In this document: positions 26,433 to 39,678 of the stretch, in pieces
Layout of the letters: every line of letters begins with the position of its first letter
How positions within the stretch are numbered: the first letter of the stretch is position 1
Assembly (NCBI GenBank): GCA_013239625.1
Contig: MU054187.1
Span: 5,653,757-5,717,756, forward strand
DNA: 64,000 nt
Reading direction: 5' to 3'
Source: Lama guanicoe
Taxonomy: Eukaryota
The notes under the pieces: generated by a model
Database searches by the model: none
Told to the model about the DNA's origin: nothing
Seen by the model: the letters and a program-made list of their open reading frames with translations, nothing else
Program-made: the position numbers and the translations under genes

Positions 26433-26739
26433 GTATAAACAGTGTCCCAGATTAAATGATAAATTATATGGTCAGTCTTCTGATAATGCCTCCTGATGTG
26501 ATGTAATCAAAGTCACACAGACCACTTATATAGTATTCTTGCCAAAATGTTTAACTCTTATTTAATCAGAAGAAAACAATCAGATTAATAAATAATATGG
26601 AGAATTTTGCAAGACAACTGCTTTGGAGTCTTAAGAAGTGTCAGCATTATCAAAGAAAAGAATCTTCGGGCATGCTAATTGTGTTATGGGTGGGTAGGAG
26701 AATACCTTCTTTCTTAGGAGATAAAAGCTCATATATTTA

Positions 26740-27505
26740 GACAGCAAATACTTGGGTTTTGCTCTTTTTAATCCAGTTCAACAAGTTCTATCTTTATTTT
26801 TATTTTTAAACAAGTTCTATCTTTAAATTGGAGTATTTGGACCATTTATATTTAATATAATTATCAATGTATTTGGATTTAAATCTATCATCTAGCTACA
26901 TATTTTCTATTTGCCCCCTCTATTATTTGTTCTCTTACTCCCCTTTCTTTCTTGATTTTTTGACTGAATACTTTTTTTCCATGTTCTATTTTATCCCCTG
27001 TCTTGATTTAATAGTTAAATGTCTTCGTTTACTTGTTTTACCGATTGCTCTGGGTTTTATGATATGCATGTTTAACTTATCACAGACTGCCTTCAAATAT
27101 TACATCATTTTGTGTATAACGTATACTTCCATCTCTCCCATTTCATCTTTTGTCCTATTGTAATTAATCTTACAATATGTGATTATTTTTTTGCTTCAAA
27201 CAGCTAAGAACATTTTAAATAGATGAAAAAAGGGAGAAAAAAAGCCTTTTACATTTTTCTCTTCATTTATGCTATTTCTGCTGCTCTTTATTCCTTTATA
27301 AAAATATGTTTCCACTTGGTATCATTTTCCTTTAATCTGAAAAATGTTAACACTTTTTGTAGTGCAATCTTCTTGGCAATGAATTCTCTCAGGTTTAATT
27401 TTATTGAAATTAAAAAAGTTTTAGAAGGCTATTTTTAAGAAATACAGAATTCTCATTTGACAGGTTTTTTTTCTCCTTTCAACGCTTTAAAGATGTTGTT
27501 CCATA
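26740..27505 (-). mobile_element. Old L1 fragment (start of ORF2 and upstream region)
   Basis: TTGGGTTTTGCTCTTTTTAATCCAG...TTGGAGTATTTGGACCATTTATATTTAAT matches the antisense L1 endonuclease region. Confidence 0.7.
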
Positions 27506-27509
27506 CCCA

Positions 27510-28225
27510 ACAGCACTGAGAGTCTCCCATCAGATCTGTGGCTTGCTCTGGACGTCTGAGATACATCAGTTCTCAAGGATGCAGCAGTCCCTGATATAAT
27601 GAAGCTCACTTTCTAAGTAAGGGGAGACAGGAGATAAACAATACATCTAAATAAATAGTCTTTTAGAAGATAATGGACAAAATACAGCAGGAGGGGAGGG
27701 ACCTGGAGGATGGCAGAGGTGGTTACAGAGAATAGTGTGTTTGGAGGGGGCCTAACTGGGGAGATGCCATTTGAGCAAAGGCTTGAAGGAGGTGAGCCAC
27801 ATGGATACACAGGGGAAGAGGGCTGCCCCAGAGGAAATAGTCAGAACAAAGGCCCCGAGGCAGGGACAAATTTGGTGTGTTCCAGAAACAAGAGGCTCAG
27901 GGTAGCTGCAGGGTAGGGAGCAAGAGGGCCAGCAGTAAGAGATAAGGTCTCAGTGCAGGAGGGAGACAGACTGGGGTCAGAGGGTGTCTTTAGGCCTTTG
28001 TAAGACTCTTGCCTTTTACTTTCAGAGAAATAAGGAACCACCAGACAGTTCTGAGCTGGGGAGGATGTGATCTGGCCTCCACTTTAAAAAGATAATTCTG
28101 GCTTCTCTACCAACTGTGGAAGGCAGGGTGGGAACAGTGATGCCGTGGGGGAGGCCGGAGGAGTTTTCCAAGGAGAGATGGCAGCGGACTGGAACAGGAC
28201 GGTAGGGAAAGGTGCTGAGATCTTG
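27510..28225 (-). mobile_element. L2 LINE 3' region
   Basis: GATGCCATTTGAGCAAAGGCTTGAAGGAGGTGAG, CAAAGGCCCCGAGGCAGG and TTTAAAAAGATAATTCTGGCT are typical antisense L2 motifs. Confidence 0.8.
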
Positions 28226-28939
28226 TGTACCAATAGGAGGACTGGCTTAAAATAAAACATGGATATTTCATCTCTAGCATCAGTTGGCAGTGCTCCTAGG
28301 TGGTAGGTGTGTGTGGTGGGTTATCCACACACAATAGGTAATAAACTTGTGCTTTAAATTTTTTCATAAATAGCATAGTCTGAATCCATTTGTCACTTTT
28401 TTTAATCCTAACCTGAAGTTTGGGGGATTCATGCACACTTAGTCTGTTCACTTTATGTTCACTACTATGCTTCCCTACCCAAGCTGCAAATCGAGGCACT
28501 GGTCCATGGCATAAATAGACCACAACATATTATATAACACTGCATTGACAGAACAATTAGCTGTTATAAATGGTGCAGCAATGGACACTTTCCCTTCTAC
28601 AACACATAGGCAAGAGTTTCTCTCAAGCACGTAAGTAAAATTACATTGCAAAGATATAACATAGGCACGGCTACAATTCTGTTAAGTATTGCCAAAACTG
28701 CCGCTAAAATACAAACTGGAGCATCATTTTATACATCAAATAATTATAAATCATGTAAGTTTCCTGAAACAACATTATTAAATAAAGTTTTGTACATTCA
28801 TAGGACATAAAATCATGTAACCATAACAAATCTTTTTAGACAAAAGTTATCTAGGAGAAATGTTTATTATACAACTTCATATTTAAACAGCGAAAAGGAG
28901 AAATAACACCATAATTGATGTTATTAAAAGACTGACATT

Positions 28940-29130
28940 TTAATGGGCCTCTGTGTAGAAAAATGACTGGAAGTAAATATTGTCAATATATTAACAGTCA
29001 TTATTTCTGAAGGTTGAGATAATGTGTAATAATTTTTTTCATATGTTTACTTTTCTGTGTATTTTAAATTTTGTACCCAAATGTGTATCCCTTTAAGTAA
29101 ATTACAATGTTTGTATTGTTATTGAAAGAA
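28940..29130 (+). mobile_element. L1ME-like 3' end fragment
   Basis: GAAAAATGACTGGAAGTAAATAT...TTAACAGTCATTATTTCTG...TTTTCTGTGTATTTTAAATTTT. Confidence 0.5.
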
Positions 29131-30263
29131 CTTCACGATAAATATTAATATTTCTTAAAGAAATACAAACTAAGGCTTATGTACAGTAAGGCAAGTTTCA
29201 AGAAAAGTATTTTTTGAAAAGTCTCATTGGTTTCTTCACCCACTGGCGTCCACTGCCTTAGAGCCCCTACATCGTATGTGAGTACAGTCAGCTTCATGAT
29301 TTGACAGTATTAGAGAATATCTATTATATCTAAGAATAAAAATGCAGTTTTCTCTTCCAGGATATAAACACCATCTACCTCTTTCACCCACAGCTGTACT
29401 GTATTCTGCTGCTAATTCTTTCTGGAGAACCGATTCCCTACCCTGTCAAAAGATTCAGGGGGACAAAAATTATGTCACCTGGTTGAACACCCCAGTGCTT
29501 CACTAGAAAACGGAAGCCGGTCAAAATTGTGGACTTGGTGGAATACCCCGATGCTGATGCGTCCCATTTGACATGAGGCGGACTCTCTTCTTCCGAATGG
29601 AAGCAATGGGATATTCATTCTGTCCTCAAGAACAGAATAACACCTAAAGATGAAATGACACCAGGGAATAGGTGTGTTTCAGCTGTCTGAACCTCTCTCT
29701 TTGGAAGTGTTCTATCCTTTAGTTTTGGTATGGAAATGTCATACAAATGCACCATCTACAAAAAACAAAAAGCAAGAAAAAAAAAAAACCAGATAGTACT
29801 ACTGGCCTTTCAGTTCTGTCTTCAATACATAGAATTTAAACTATTTTTAAAATCGTCCTTGCTTTGTCCAGCAATTTACTCCCTTCGCCTTTACTTCTCA
29901 ACTTTCATAAGATAATGGAAAGAAACCTCCCTATTTTTATAGGAACATTTATATACAATCTTGAAGTCAACAAGAGGGCCACAAAATCTATTTCCATTAG
30001 TGTGAGAAACAAAGAAGGGCTTTCAACCTAGAAATGTCAGGCACCATTACTTTCTGTACGGTGCGAAAATGCTACATCTGTTGATGTCAAAGATAGCAAT
30101 GTGTTCATCTACATAGGGACATTGATGATTGTGGGATGGTTCATCAGACTCCTGGCAGGTCCACAGATGGTCACTCTCATAAGTAGCCAGCAGGAAAAAA
30201 AAAACATGCAAGATGGAATTTTTGCAACAAAAATCATCTAAACTGATTTTTAAAAATTTACCA

Positions 30264-30546
30264 GTTGTGGGGAGGGCTAGATGAGGAGTTTGAGATTAAT
30301 AGATATACATTACTATATATGAAGTAGATAAACAACAAGGACCTACTGTAGAACACAGGGAACTATATTCAATTTCTTGTAAAGCAGTAATGGAAAAGAA
30401 TCTGAAAAAAAAATATATATATATACACACACACACACAAATACACATGCATATATGTATGTATATGTATAACTGAATTGCTTTGCTATACACATGGAAA
30501 CTAAAATTGTAAATCAACTATAATTCAATTAAAAAATAAGAATTAA
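30264..30546 (+). mobile_element. Cetartiodactyl-type L1 3' end with 12-bp TSD
   Basis: GAGTTTGAGATTAATAGATATACATTACT...CAAGGACCTACTGTAG; TSD AAAAATTTACCA at 30252-30263 and 30547-30558. Confidence 0.85.
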
Positions 30547-31049
30547 AAAAATTTACCAATGAGCTTACATTTATCATTAGAATATTTTGCAAAGAGCCTA
30601 TGGTAAGTGGAGGTGATCTTCGTTTCAGTAAAATGGCAAATTGCATCATTATGGGTTTCATTGAAGGTGTGTGTGTGGGTGATAATGTGTATTTCATGTT
30701 TCTACATGACAAAAGATACATGTAGCACAGTAAAATGCCCCGATGCAGGACTGAATCCTTGCTGGCTATCAAAGCAAGAATTCTCTTTATAAAGATAAAA
30801 CTATATTGAATGAGAACTAACAACACAAAAATACACACTGAAAAATTTAAAGGTCATATTTTTAGCTGCCTTCCATACAGCCTGTTGGTAATTTCAGCTT
30901 TTGCCCAAAATGTCTGCTATGTTTGAAGCATGTTAGTTGTATCTGGATTAAGGACAAACATAAACAAGGTGTTTGAAAGCATTGTCAATACACACAAATA
31001 AACACTTGAAGTATTGTGCTCCGTCTGAGAGAGAAGCTTACCTTTGGGT

Positions 31050-31560
31050 TTTCCAAGATTTCTAAATAGGTAGGAAAAATACTGTCCAGCCTCTGTGCCA
31101 TCAGAGATACAATGCGATCTTTTTTCAAAGATCCGAATACCAGGCCTCGGTCTTTCCTAAGCTCAGCCACAAAGAGTGTCTAACACCAAAGACATGACCG
31201 GGTCTCTGGGACAGTGGGACCCGGGAGCTAGTTCCAGACTGGGACTCCCACTCTGCTTTTCGACTCTCCTGGCAATTCATTAACTCTACAGAGCCCACTT
31301 GTCCCACACGAGACACGTGGCTTCTCATAATTCCAAGCCTTCAAAAAGGATTACTATACCTTCATTAAGTCCAATTTAAAAAAAAAATGGGGGAAGACTG
31401 ATTTGCATCAGTTTGGTTCATATATATCCATTCCCAAACCAATGCCTGCAGCCGTGGGATTAGGTCCTAAGGCTGTCTCAGCCTCACCCAGTTGCCTGCT
31501 CTTCACACACTCACTGCGGCTGGGAAGAAACCATTCTAGAAAAAGATAAAGCCACTAAAT
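31050..31560 (-). mobile_element. Degenerate MLT1 (J/K/L-like) LTR
   Basis: GGGAAGACTGATTTGCATCAGTTTGGTTCATATATATCCATTCCCAAACCAAT resembles the MLT1 motif GGAAGGACTCTGATTGGCCCAGCTTGGGTCACGTGCCCATCCCTGAACCAAT. Confidence 0.4.
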
Positions 31561-33244
31561 CTCATGGTAAAGAATTCGGGGACGACCCTTTCCTAACAAC
31601 AGGTGAACGCTTTTCTCAGAGGCTGGAAGGGGTGCTGGCAAACCTAATAACATATTTCAATAGACAAATAAATGCATTCCTGCCAACTTCAACTCATCAA
31701 AAGAAATGTTCATACAATACACTGAATTATATTTCCTTCCAATTAGTCAGGCTTTTAAGAAAGTAAGGAAATTGGAAAATAGCTAAAATTCTTTGAACAC
31801 AAATTAGTCTTGCCTAGGCAACTCTTATAGGACCCATTTTCATGGACTCCAATTTAAACTGAGTCAGATCATAATTATCTGGTCTAGAAAAATATAAATC
31901 TCATGTCTGCCCTGCTCTTTAATCTTATTTACTTCAATTTTCTTCTTTACCAATCTATTTCAACAAATCTCATTCTCACAGTTGCCTTGAAAATGTAAAA
32001 ATCACAGACGCATTAGATACTCTATAGGATGTTTCGTAGATGTTACTAATAAATGTGTCTATTTTGAAAAAAGTAAACTGTCTGTGATTTCAGGGATGTT
32101 TACTCCCATCCACTGCAAGCGCATTTGATGAGCATGATTGCCGCCATGACCGTAAGTCACATCATAAACAGATTGTTTATAGATGTGAAGTTCATCCTCT
32201 TCAACTAAATTGTGGATTCTTCATTTTAAATATACTCTACACTCTGAAAAATTTTGCAGCATAGTTGTGACCAAAAAGTCAATGGGTCTTATTGTTTTGC
32301 AGACAAAGAAGATGGTGAGATAAAAATGCGTGCTAAGAAAAATATATATATATGGTACTGATGGACATGCTACTAAGTAAAACTAAATTCGGTTCCTGTT
32401 TAGTATCTTAAACAGCCTTCTACCAGCAAGAATTAGAACTAGCAAGTGTTGGCCAAGGCCTTTCTCAAACAAATAAAAGGGAAAACAAGAAGGTCACATT
32501 TTATTTTGCAGCTGGTTGTTTCTGTTGGCTCACTGTATCATGGGAGTTTTCTAAATTACTGTTTCGAAGAGCAAGTGCTCATTTGTGCACATCGCTCACC
32601 TTAATCTTCTGATTTTCTCAGAGACGAGTAGAGCTACATAGGAACATCTGTGAACGCAGAGGGGGTGGAAACCTCACTTCCAACATTCTGGGCCAACTTC
32701 CCTCCCGTTACAATTCTATCTCAGGATCAAGGTCATACAGGAAACCCAGCAGGTGTGACTCTTCCCCTCTGATCAACTCACTTTGTTTTTCTATTTTTAT
32801 GCTCTCTTGAGCGCTGTCGAATTAACTTCCCTAATGGTTCTAAAACTACTGAGTGAATATATTCAATGAGCTCCCATCCATGTTGATGGAGAGGAAATAC
32901 GATGACCGTCGGAACTGCTCCTAAGAAATGAACCAATACTAACAGCTTATTGGTAAGAATATGAGTCTATTGCGCTGTAGATGTTCTGACCATCCCCTCC
33001 AGCCTTTTAAAGAAATGATGGTGATGGAGGAGCAGCAAGCTGCGGCAGGCGTTCCCGGGAAATCCAGAGGCACCTCTTCCTCCACGTAAAGGCTGTGGCA
33101 CAACGTGCCCATGGTCCCAACCTTACAAGCTCCTGCTTAAAGGGCATGCAGATAGTTAAGATCACACCAAGTCCTGGCTAATAGAAAACATTTCTTGAAC
33201 ACCTGCCTTGTGCCAGAACAGATCTGCACTTTCAAGAAAATTGC

Positions 33245-33745
33245 TGCAAAACCCTTCAACAGTCTTCCATCTCATTCAAATGAAACCCTAAGTCCTGGCA
33301 GGGTTCTTCCTCCGCTTCATCCCCACCCCAGCTGCAGTGATGTACTTCCACATGCCTGCATGCTTCGACCTTAGAATTTGGGTGCCCACGGTTTCCTCCA
33401 CTTGGAAAGCTCTTACCCCAGATATCTACGTGGGTTGGCCCTTCCTTCCTTCCTTCTGGTCTTTGCCCAAATGTAGCCTCAGTGAGGTCTTCTCCAACCA
33501 TGTTTCCAAACTTGTAGCACCCTCTGTACGTCCCAATCCGTCTCTCCACTGCAGTTTCTTCTTTAGTGCTTGTCAGCCTCTCACATAGCATATATTCTAC
33601 CCCTTGTGGCCTGTTGCTGTCAGTAGGACAATAAGCTTCAGGCAACTGGAGGTTTTGGTTTGTTTTGTTCACTGCCAGCTCCCAAAGGAGTGCCTTGCAT
33701 ATGACAGCCACTCAATAAATAGTTTTGAATTAACCAACTTATGAA
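33245..33745 (+). mobile_element. L2 LINE 3' end
   Basis: TTCCTCCACTTGGAAAGCTCTTACCCCAGATATC, CTCAGTGAGGTCTTCTCC and TTTTGTTCACTG...CACTCAATAAATAGTTTTGAAT. Confidence 0.8.
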
Positions 33746-34624
33746 TATATGTTCGTTTCATAATGACTTTACGAGGTTAGTATTATTTCTTTATACCAAT
33801 GAACAAAGAGGCCCAGAGATTACTCTAAGGTTCCAGAATGCGTAAATGGGAAAGCCCCTCGGTATCTCCAGATTTCTGGTGTAGGACACAGTCCTTTCTG
33901 GTACAGCTACCTGGGAAGCACAGCCCAAAGTCAAGGTGAGGTGGGGTGAAGACAGGAAATGGCCATTGGAAGGCGCATCCATGTCCCGAGGAGTCGGGGC
34001 GGGGCACGCACGTGGCAAGCTGGGTGAGTGAGGCTCAAATCCTGTGCTCATTGGCAAGTGGCTGGAAAATGTTTTGGGTTGCAATCTTATAAATTTAAAA
34101 TATTTCTAAATTATAAATATGCCCCTCTCTGATCAGCACTTATCTACTTACAATCTAGGGTTGCTTCCATGGAAAAGAAACTGCTCGCCTCTCATCTGAC
34201 TTATGTAGCATGAACTTCACTATTGGTATGAAATGAATGCTTATTTGAGTGACATACTGGCTGCGTTATAACTCTCGTGATTGCCTGGCACATAACTATC
34301 TTCTGAGTTTCATACCAATTGAATAGTTCCATGTGGCAGGATGGGGGAGAGAAAACCCGAAATGAATAAAATATTAATCTCACATATGCGGCAGCTTTTT
34401 ACAGTTCATCCTGTTTTCTAGATTCTGTACAACAGATTCATGCAGACATTGATCAGATTTTAATCACACTCTTCTTGCGTATCTGATCTTTGCAGAGAAG
34501 CACTCCACTCAAACAGGTGGGCCAACTTTTTTTTAGTAAAGCAAGCTTATTTGGTTTAACAGAAACAACTGACTTTTTTCTGGTCCCTAAATCCTACTTC
34601 TGCCTGGTTTACGTTCATCAGGTT

Positions 34625-35178
34625 ACTGAGTCAAGGCTCTTTGGCTTGAAAGTGGCAGAAACCCAGTGGGGCCATGTTGAGCAAAAGAGGAATGTAGCGG
34701 CAGACACGTAGGATAAAAAGATCAGAGCGCGGGCAGGCTTTAGGTACAACTGCAAAGAGAAATACGGACCCTCCGAGGCTCTGCATCTCCTGCCTTGCTT
34801 TGCTTCGCCTGGATACGTGGTTGTCTCTGGGCTACTTCTTCCACGTGTTGAAAATATGGCCACCAGCTGCTCCAAGGCCTGATACCTCACCGCTTCGCCA
34901 CCATCTGGGGACTCTGTCTTTCCCTGTTTATGTTTGCAAGGCTTCCAGGAAAGGATTCAGATGGGGCTGGTTTGGAAGCCCACTCCTGGATCTCAATCTT
35001 CTATGACCACATTGGAGTCAATAACAAAATGGCCACGCCATGCAGACTCCACGAGTGGAAAGGGGTGTGGAAAGGAGGGTTTCTCAGAGGAAGGGGGGTG
35101 CTGTTCCCTCAGACCCCAGGAGAGGGAGGATGGACAGCGAAGCTTTCTGGGTGACAAAACAATCCATATCACCCACAC
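34625..35178 (-). mobile_element. MLT1J/K-like MaLR LTR
   Basis: AGTCAAGGCTCTTTGGCTTGAAAGTGGCAGAAACCCA start, ATGGCCACCAGCTGCTCCAAG, and an end in CCACACA. Confidence 0.65.
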
Positions 35179-36944
35179 AGGCCCACGTTTCCAAGTTCCA
35201 TCATGTACTACGCACTCTATCTTGCTAAATTCTCCCCACAAATTTCCTACAGTCCACTAAATCCATTAAATTCCATTAAAGTACCAGAAAAAGCTTTTGT
35301 CAGATGCTGCAGCAGAGCCCGAAGCCATCAATAAGTTGGGCTCCTGTGAAGATCTTCGACAGCTGGCATTCAAATATGTCGGTTTTACTTTGAGCCCTTT
35401 GACTCCATTGTTGCCAACCCTTACCACAAGTTAACGAGAGTGGAGGGCATACAACTGAGTCTAAACTGCTTCCTGAAACAAGCCTTTATGTAACTATTTC
35501 TCTAGGATGTCTATATGCACGCGCTCCCTCGTGCTCCGTGCTTCTCTGTGCACACGCAGGCAGACCCAGCAGTTCTCCCGACATCTCACATTGCAAGATG
35601 TCAGTATCATTGTGCCATACATTCATTCTTCTGGTCTACCTGCAGTGGACTGCTGGTCACCATTGTTGAGGTTAATAATCATGACATCTGCGGAACATCA
35701 CAGACTTGTGAATATTAGCCCCGGCCTTAGCATCATTTTCTTTTATGGCCTACATGGAAAATATTCGATCCAGAAAAACTGAAGAGACATGCAAAGTTCT
35801 ATTTCTCTTTCACCAGAAATAAGTCACAAAGTAAACTACATTCACACGTACTTACACACACACACACACACACACACCTCTCTGTGCCTCATAGTAACTA
35901 CATTAAGGAATTTCAGATCAGCTTGAAAGAAAATTACTGTTTCTAAACAAAAGCTTTGAGACTTTTTTTTCCAGATTAAAAAAAAGTCCATGAACATGCT
36001 CAGCATCTGACAAAGTTAGTGTTGATTTTGTTCAATTACATGCTTCACCTTACTCAGTACATATTGGAAAAACTGAAGCCCAGTAAGAACTACAGATTTA
36101 TAGAAGCGGGTGGAACGCACCAACCGAAAAACTGCACTTGCTGTGCGACAAATGACTGCTCTTCAGAATACAAAAACTTTCCAAATAACAGCTACAAACA
36201 AAGCAAGAAAAATGCCATCGGTTAATCAATACCCAAAGAATGTATTCCATTTCCATCTCAACCACAGAAATTCCTCTAATAAAAGGAGACACAGACATAG
36301 ACACAGACACTGGTAAGTGCATCATTATTCACCCAGTTTTCATTATTTGTCATTCATTATCCTCCGGATGTGACACATTTGCTAGGAACTGTACAAAAGA
36401 AAGTCTGACCCAGTTTCCACACCTTGGGCTTACAATCAAAAAGAAACAGTGAGGAGATATTCAATGAGACAAAAAAAAAAAAGAGAGAGAGAGAGGTAAA
36501 AAAATGACACAGGGAGAAGAGAAATTCAAAGAGAAAATTTAAGCCATGGAGAAAGGGGCTGTTAAAATATGAATTCCTTTTTGGGTTTAAATCACCATCA
36601 AATATTAGAAAGCAGCTCAAATGTTCAGGAAATATAATATTCCAGTGAATCAAAAAAAAAGGAGGAAAAATAAAAGAAACTGTAAATCCCTTCAGATCAG
36701 AGGCAATGGTTTATTCCTTTTTTAATTCTCCACAGCCCCTAATAGAGGAACACAAAATACATAGTAGGTTCACAATAATTATTAAATAAAAGAATGAATG
36801 AAATCATTCTTTAAAGCAGTGTGGGTGAAAGACTTTTGTGAGGCACACCACACCTGCGAGGTGGTCTGTACACAAAGGTTTTCATGGTCAAATACATTCA
36901 CCAGTGCTGTGTAATATCATATACAAAATGCATAAGGTCCACAG

Positions 36945-37665
36945 GTGAAACTCTTAAAGAAAACATAGTGAAGCGTATCTTTGACATTGATCTTAGCAAT
37001 GATTTTTGGGTATGACACCAAAAGCACAAACAACAATAGCTAAAATAAACCAGTGAGGCAACATCAAACTAAAAAGCTCCTGTACACCAAAGGAAACAAT
37101 CAATAAGTTGAAAAAGCAACCTGTAGAATGGGAGAAAATATTTGCAAACATGTATCAAATAAGGGGTTAATACCTAACATATGTAAAGAACTCATACAAA
37201 TCAATAGCAAAAAGGAAATAATGCAGTTAAGGACCTACATAGACATTTTTCCAAAGAAAACACATAGATGGCCAACAGACACATGAAAAGATGCTCAACA
37301 TCACACATCATCAGGAAAATGCAGATCAAAACCACAGTGGGATAACATCTCACACTTGTTAGGATGACTATTATCAAAAAGATAAGAAACAACAAATGCT
37401 GGTGAGGATGTGGAGAAAAGGGAACCCTATATACTGTTGGTGGAAATGTAAATTGGTGCAGCCATTATGAAAAACAATATGGTGGTTCCACCAAAGAAAA
37501 AAAAATTGAATCACTGTAACCTTGAGCAACCCCTCCTGGGTATCTGTGCAAAGTAATCAGAATCAGTATCTCAAAGAGACAGCTGCACTCCCCTGTTCAT
37601 TGCAGCATTGTTCACAATAGCCAAGATATGGAAACAACCGATAGATACCTGAATAAGATAAACTG
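36945..37665 (+). mobile_element. L1 (L1MA/MB-age) ORF2 C-terminal fragment
   Basis: GAATGGGAGAAAATATTTGCAAA, GAAAAGATGCTCAACATCAC and AAATGCTGGTGAGGATGTGGAGAAAAGGGAACC. Confidence 0.88.
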
Positions 37666-37789
37666 TAATTTACATCATATCCCCCACAGAAGAAAACTGA
37701 AGATAAGTAACTTTACTCAGATCACACACCAATAAGATTCAGGAATAGAAACAAGGGAACTGTTTGTTGTCTCTTTCAGAATGAATCAA

Positions 37790-38717
37790 CAGATACTCAT
37801 TTAGCACTTCTATCATAGAAACCAAAGAAATGAGATCAAATCAAAGAAATGTGAGTCCTAACCACTTTTGAATGCTGAATCCCTGATAATATCAACAAAC
37901 CAACTTGAGGATAAGGCCGTAGAGAGGACCGCTCGCCACAGCACGGCAGAACTACCTTGACAAAGTTTAAGTAGCGTCCTTGAGGGGACAGGCAGAGTCA
38001 GGAGATGTACGGGGTTTTAGAACCTAGTTTAAGACAGACCTTTCAATGTGCAGGCTTGGCAGGGATTAGGTAGAGGTCACAGTATAATAGTTAGGATTGG
38101 TAGACAAAGCAACGAAAGGACATTAGTGCACAAGTGGAAGAGTTTTGGGGAGTAATCAGTTATCTGATGTTCTCTGTTCAATAGTTGAACAATGTGATAT
38201 TCATTTAAATGGAGTTTTCAGAAACAAACTCATAGACATAGAAACCAAACATGATTACCAAAGGGAAAAGAGGGGAGGGGTAAATTAGGAGTTGGGGATT
38301 TACAGATACGTATTACTATGTATAAAAGAGATAAACAACAAGGACCTGCTGTAGAGTACAGGGAACTATATTCGACCTCTTGTAATAACCTATAGTGGAA
38401 AATAATCTGAAAAAGAGTGGGTACACATATATGTGTAACTGAATCATTTTGCTGTGCATCTGAAACTAGCCATGTTGTAAACGAACTATACGTCAATAAA
38501 ACGACAAAAATTAAAACATGAAGTTTTCCACAAAGTTCCTGATACGACCTGTAAAATTATTTTATATCCCTGGGCCAGAGTTTCCTAGAATAGTGAAGTT
38601 ATGTTGAAAAAAACACTGGAACAATAAAGTTAAGTTAGTGAAGACAGCCAAATAGTATAATCATGTTAATATAAGTGACAACCTGTGTGAGTACAGATGG
38701 TTTTGACTCTTACCACA
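37790..38717 (-). mobile_element. Old ERV1-like LTR (family uncertain), split by an L1 3' end
   Basis: The reverse strand begins TGTGGTAAGAGTCAAAACCATCTG and contains ACTATTCTAGGAAACTCTGGCCCAGG, which I recall from old eutherian ERV1 LTRs; left boundary uncertain. Confidence 0.45.
38220..38515 (+). mobile_element. Cetartiodactyl-type L1 3' end
   Basis: ACTCATAGACATAGAAAACCAAAC...GGAGTTGGGGATTTACAGATAC...CAGGGAACTATATTC; imperfect TSD ATG(G/A)AGTTTTC. Confidence 0.85.
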
Positions 38718-39588
38718 AAGCAGTATTATACATACAGTAGAAGGAACAAATATTTCGGAGTCATCCAGGCTCAGGTCTGGGGAAAAAAAAAACTTTCCAC
38801 AGATTAGGTCTGTGGGCTCAGCCAAGTCACAAAACCTCTTTCAGTACCGCCACACAGTATAATCTTATTTAAGATGCTTTGTAGAAAGACACAACCCATC
38901 AGACCCAAGGAAAGGAAGAAAACAGCAAAAGCCAGGAGCATTTTGAGACGAAGCTGGAATACAGAAGTAGATCTAATTGCACATTTTGGTGAAGAAAGCA
39001 TGACAAAGGAACATCTTTATCATTAGCTACAAACCCCCAAGTAGCCATACCTTTCATTTTTGTTCTCTTTAAGTACTATTTTTTAATGAAATAAGGTACA
39101 AAATAATCTTGTAATTATGATTAAAATGAAAGAGAGGGTGAGATAACCCATCACAATTTGTTGGTTAATAATTTTTACCCTGCTTAGCAAGATGAATATT
39201 TTACATCAAACATTAGAGTCAATTGCAATCACAAGTACTACTAAAATTCTGTTAGAGTACTGACCCTCCAAGCTGTCGTGATGTCAGCTAGCCCCAGGCG
39301 TTAAAGAATATGCACTAACTCCATCTCCTTTAAAGTGTTCGTTGAGCTAAAACAAAATCCCCTTACGCATAAGTACAGACTTCCTTATTGCTTCAAATGT
39401 GGAAAATACAGGGAAAATCAAATACAAGTGCCATGGTCACCAACTGAAACGTGAGATGCTTAGAAATATAAGATGACCAACCTAATGAAAAGTGTGCAAG
39501 AAAGGAAGACATTTCCTTCTGAGGAGCAAAAATTATGTAAAGAAAAATATAAGGAAGCTAGTTATTTGATCATTGAAATGGTATAATT

Positions 39589-39591
<3 letters not shown>

Positions 39592-39619
<28 letters not shown>
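39592..39619. repeat. (CA)n microsatellite
   Basis: Direct CA run; a second (CA)n lies at ~35855-35877. Confidence 0.95.
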
Positions 39620-39623
<4 letters not shown>

Positions 39624-39678
39624 TGGACCAAAAAATTCCTGTCTTACTCTGGAGAGGGGAGAAAAAGCAATAAATAAA

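Larger units (their letters stand above)
24350..26478. mobile_element. hAT-Blackjack MITE (MER81/MER94-like), split by an L1
   Basis: Left half AGGTGACC...CTCTCAAAGGAGTCCCAGTT (24350-24462); right half GTGTCCCAGATTAAATGATAAATTATATGGTCA (~26440-26478). Confidence 0.6.
23970..26740 (+). mobile_element. Old L1 3' UTR (L1MC/ME-like), split by nested insertions at 24350-26478
   Basis: Left part ends AACCAAGTGATCAAACTTAGTATCACCAGTAAT; the element resumes TGCCTCCTGATGTGATG...GTATTCTTGCCAAAATG after 26480. Confidence 0.6.

Noticed and set aside
33256..33711. 151-aa minus-strand ORF
   Set aside because: It lies entirely antisense within an L2 element.
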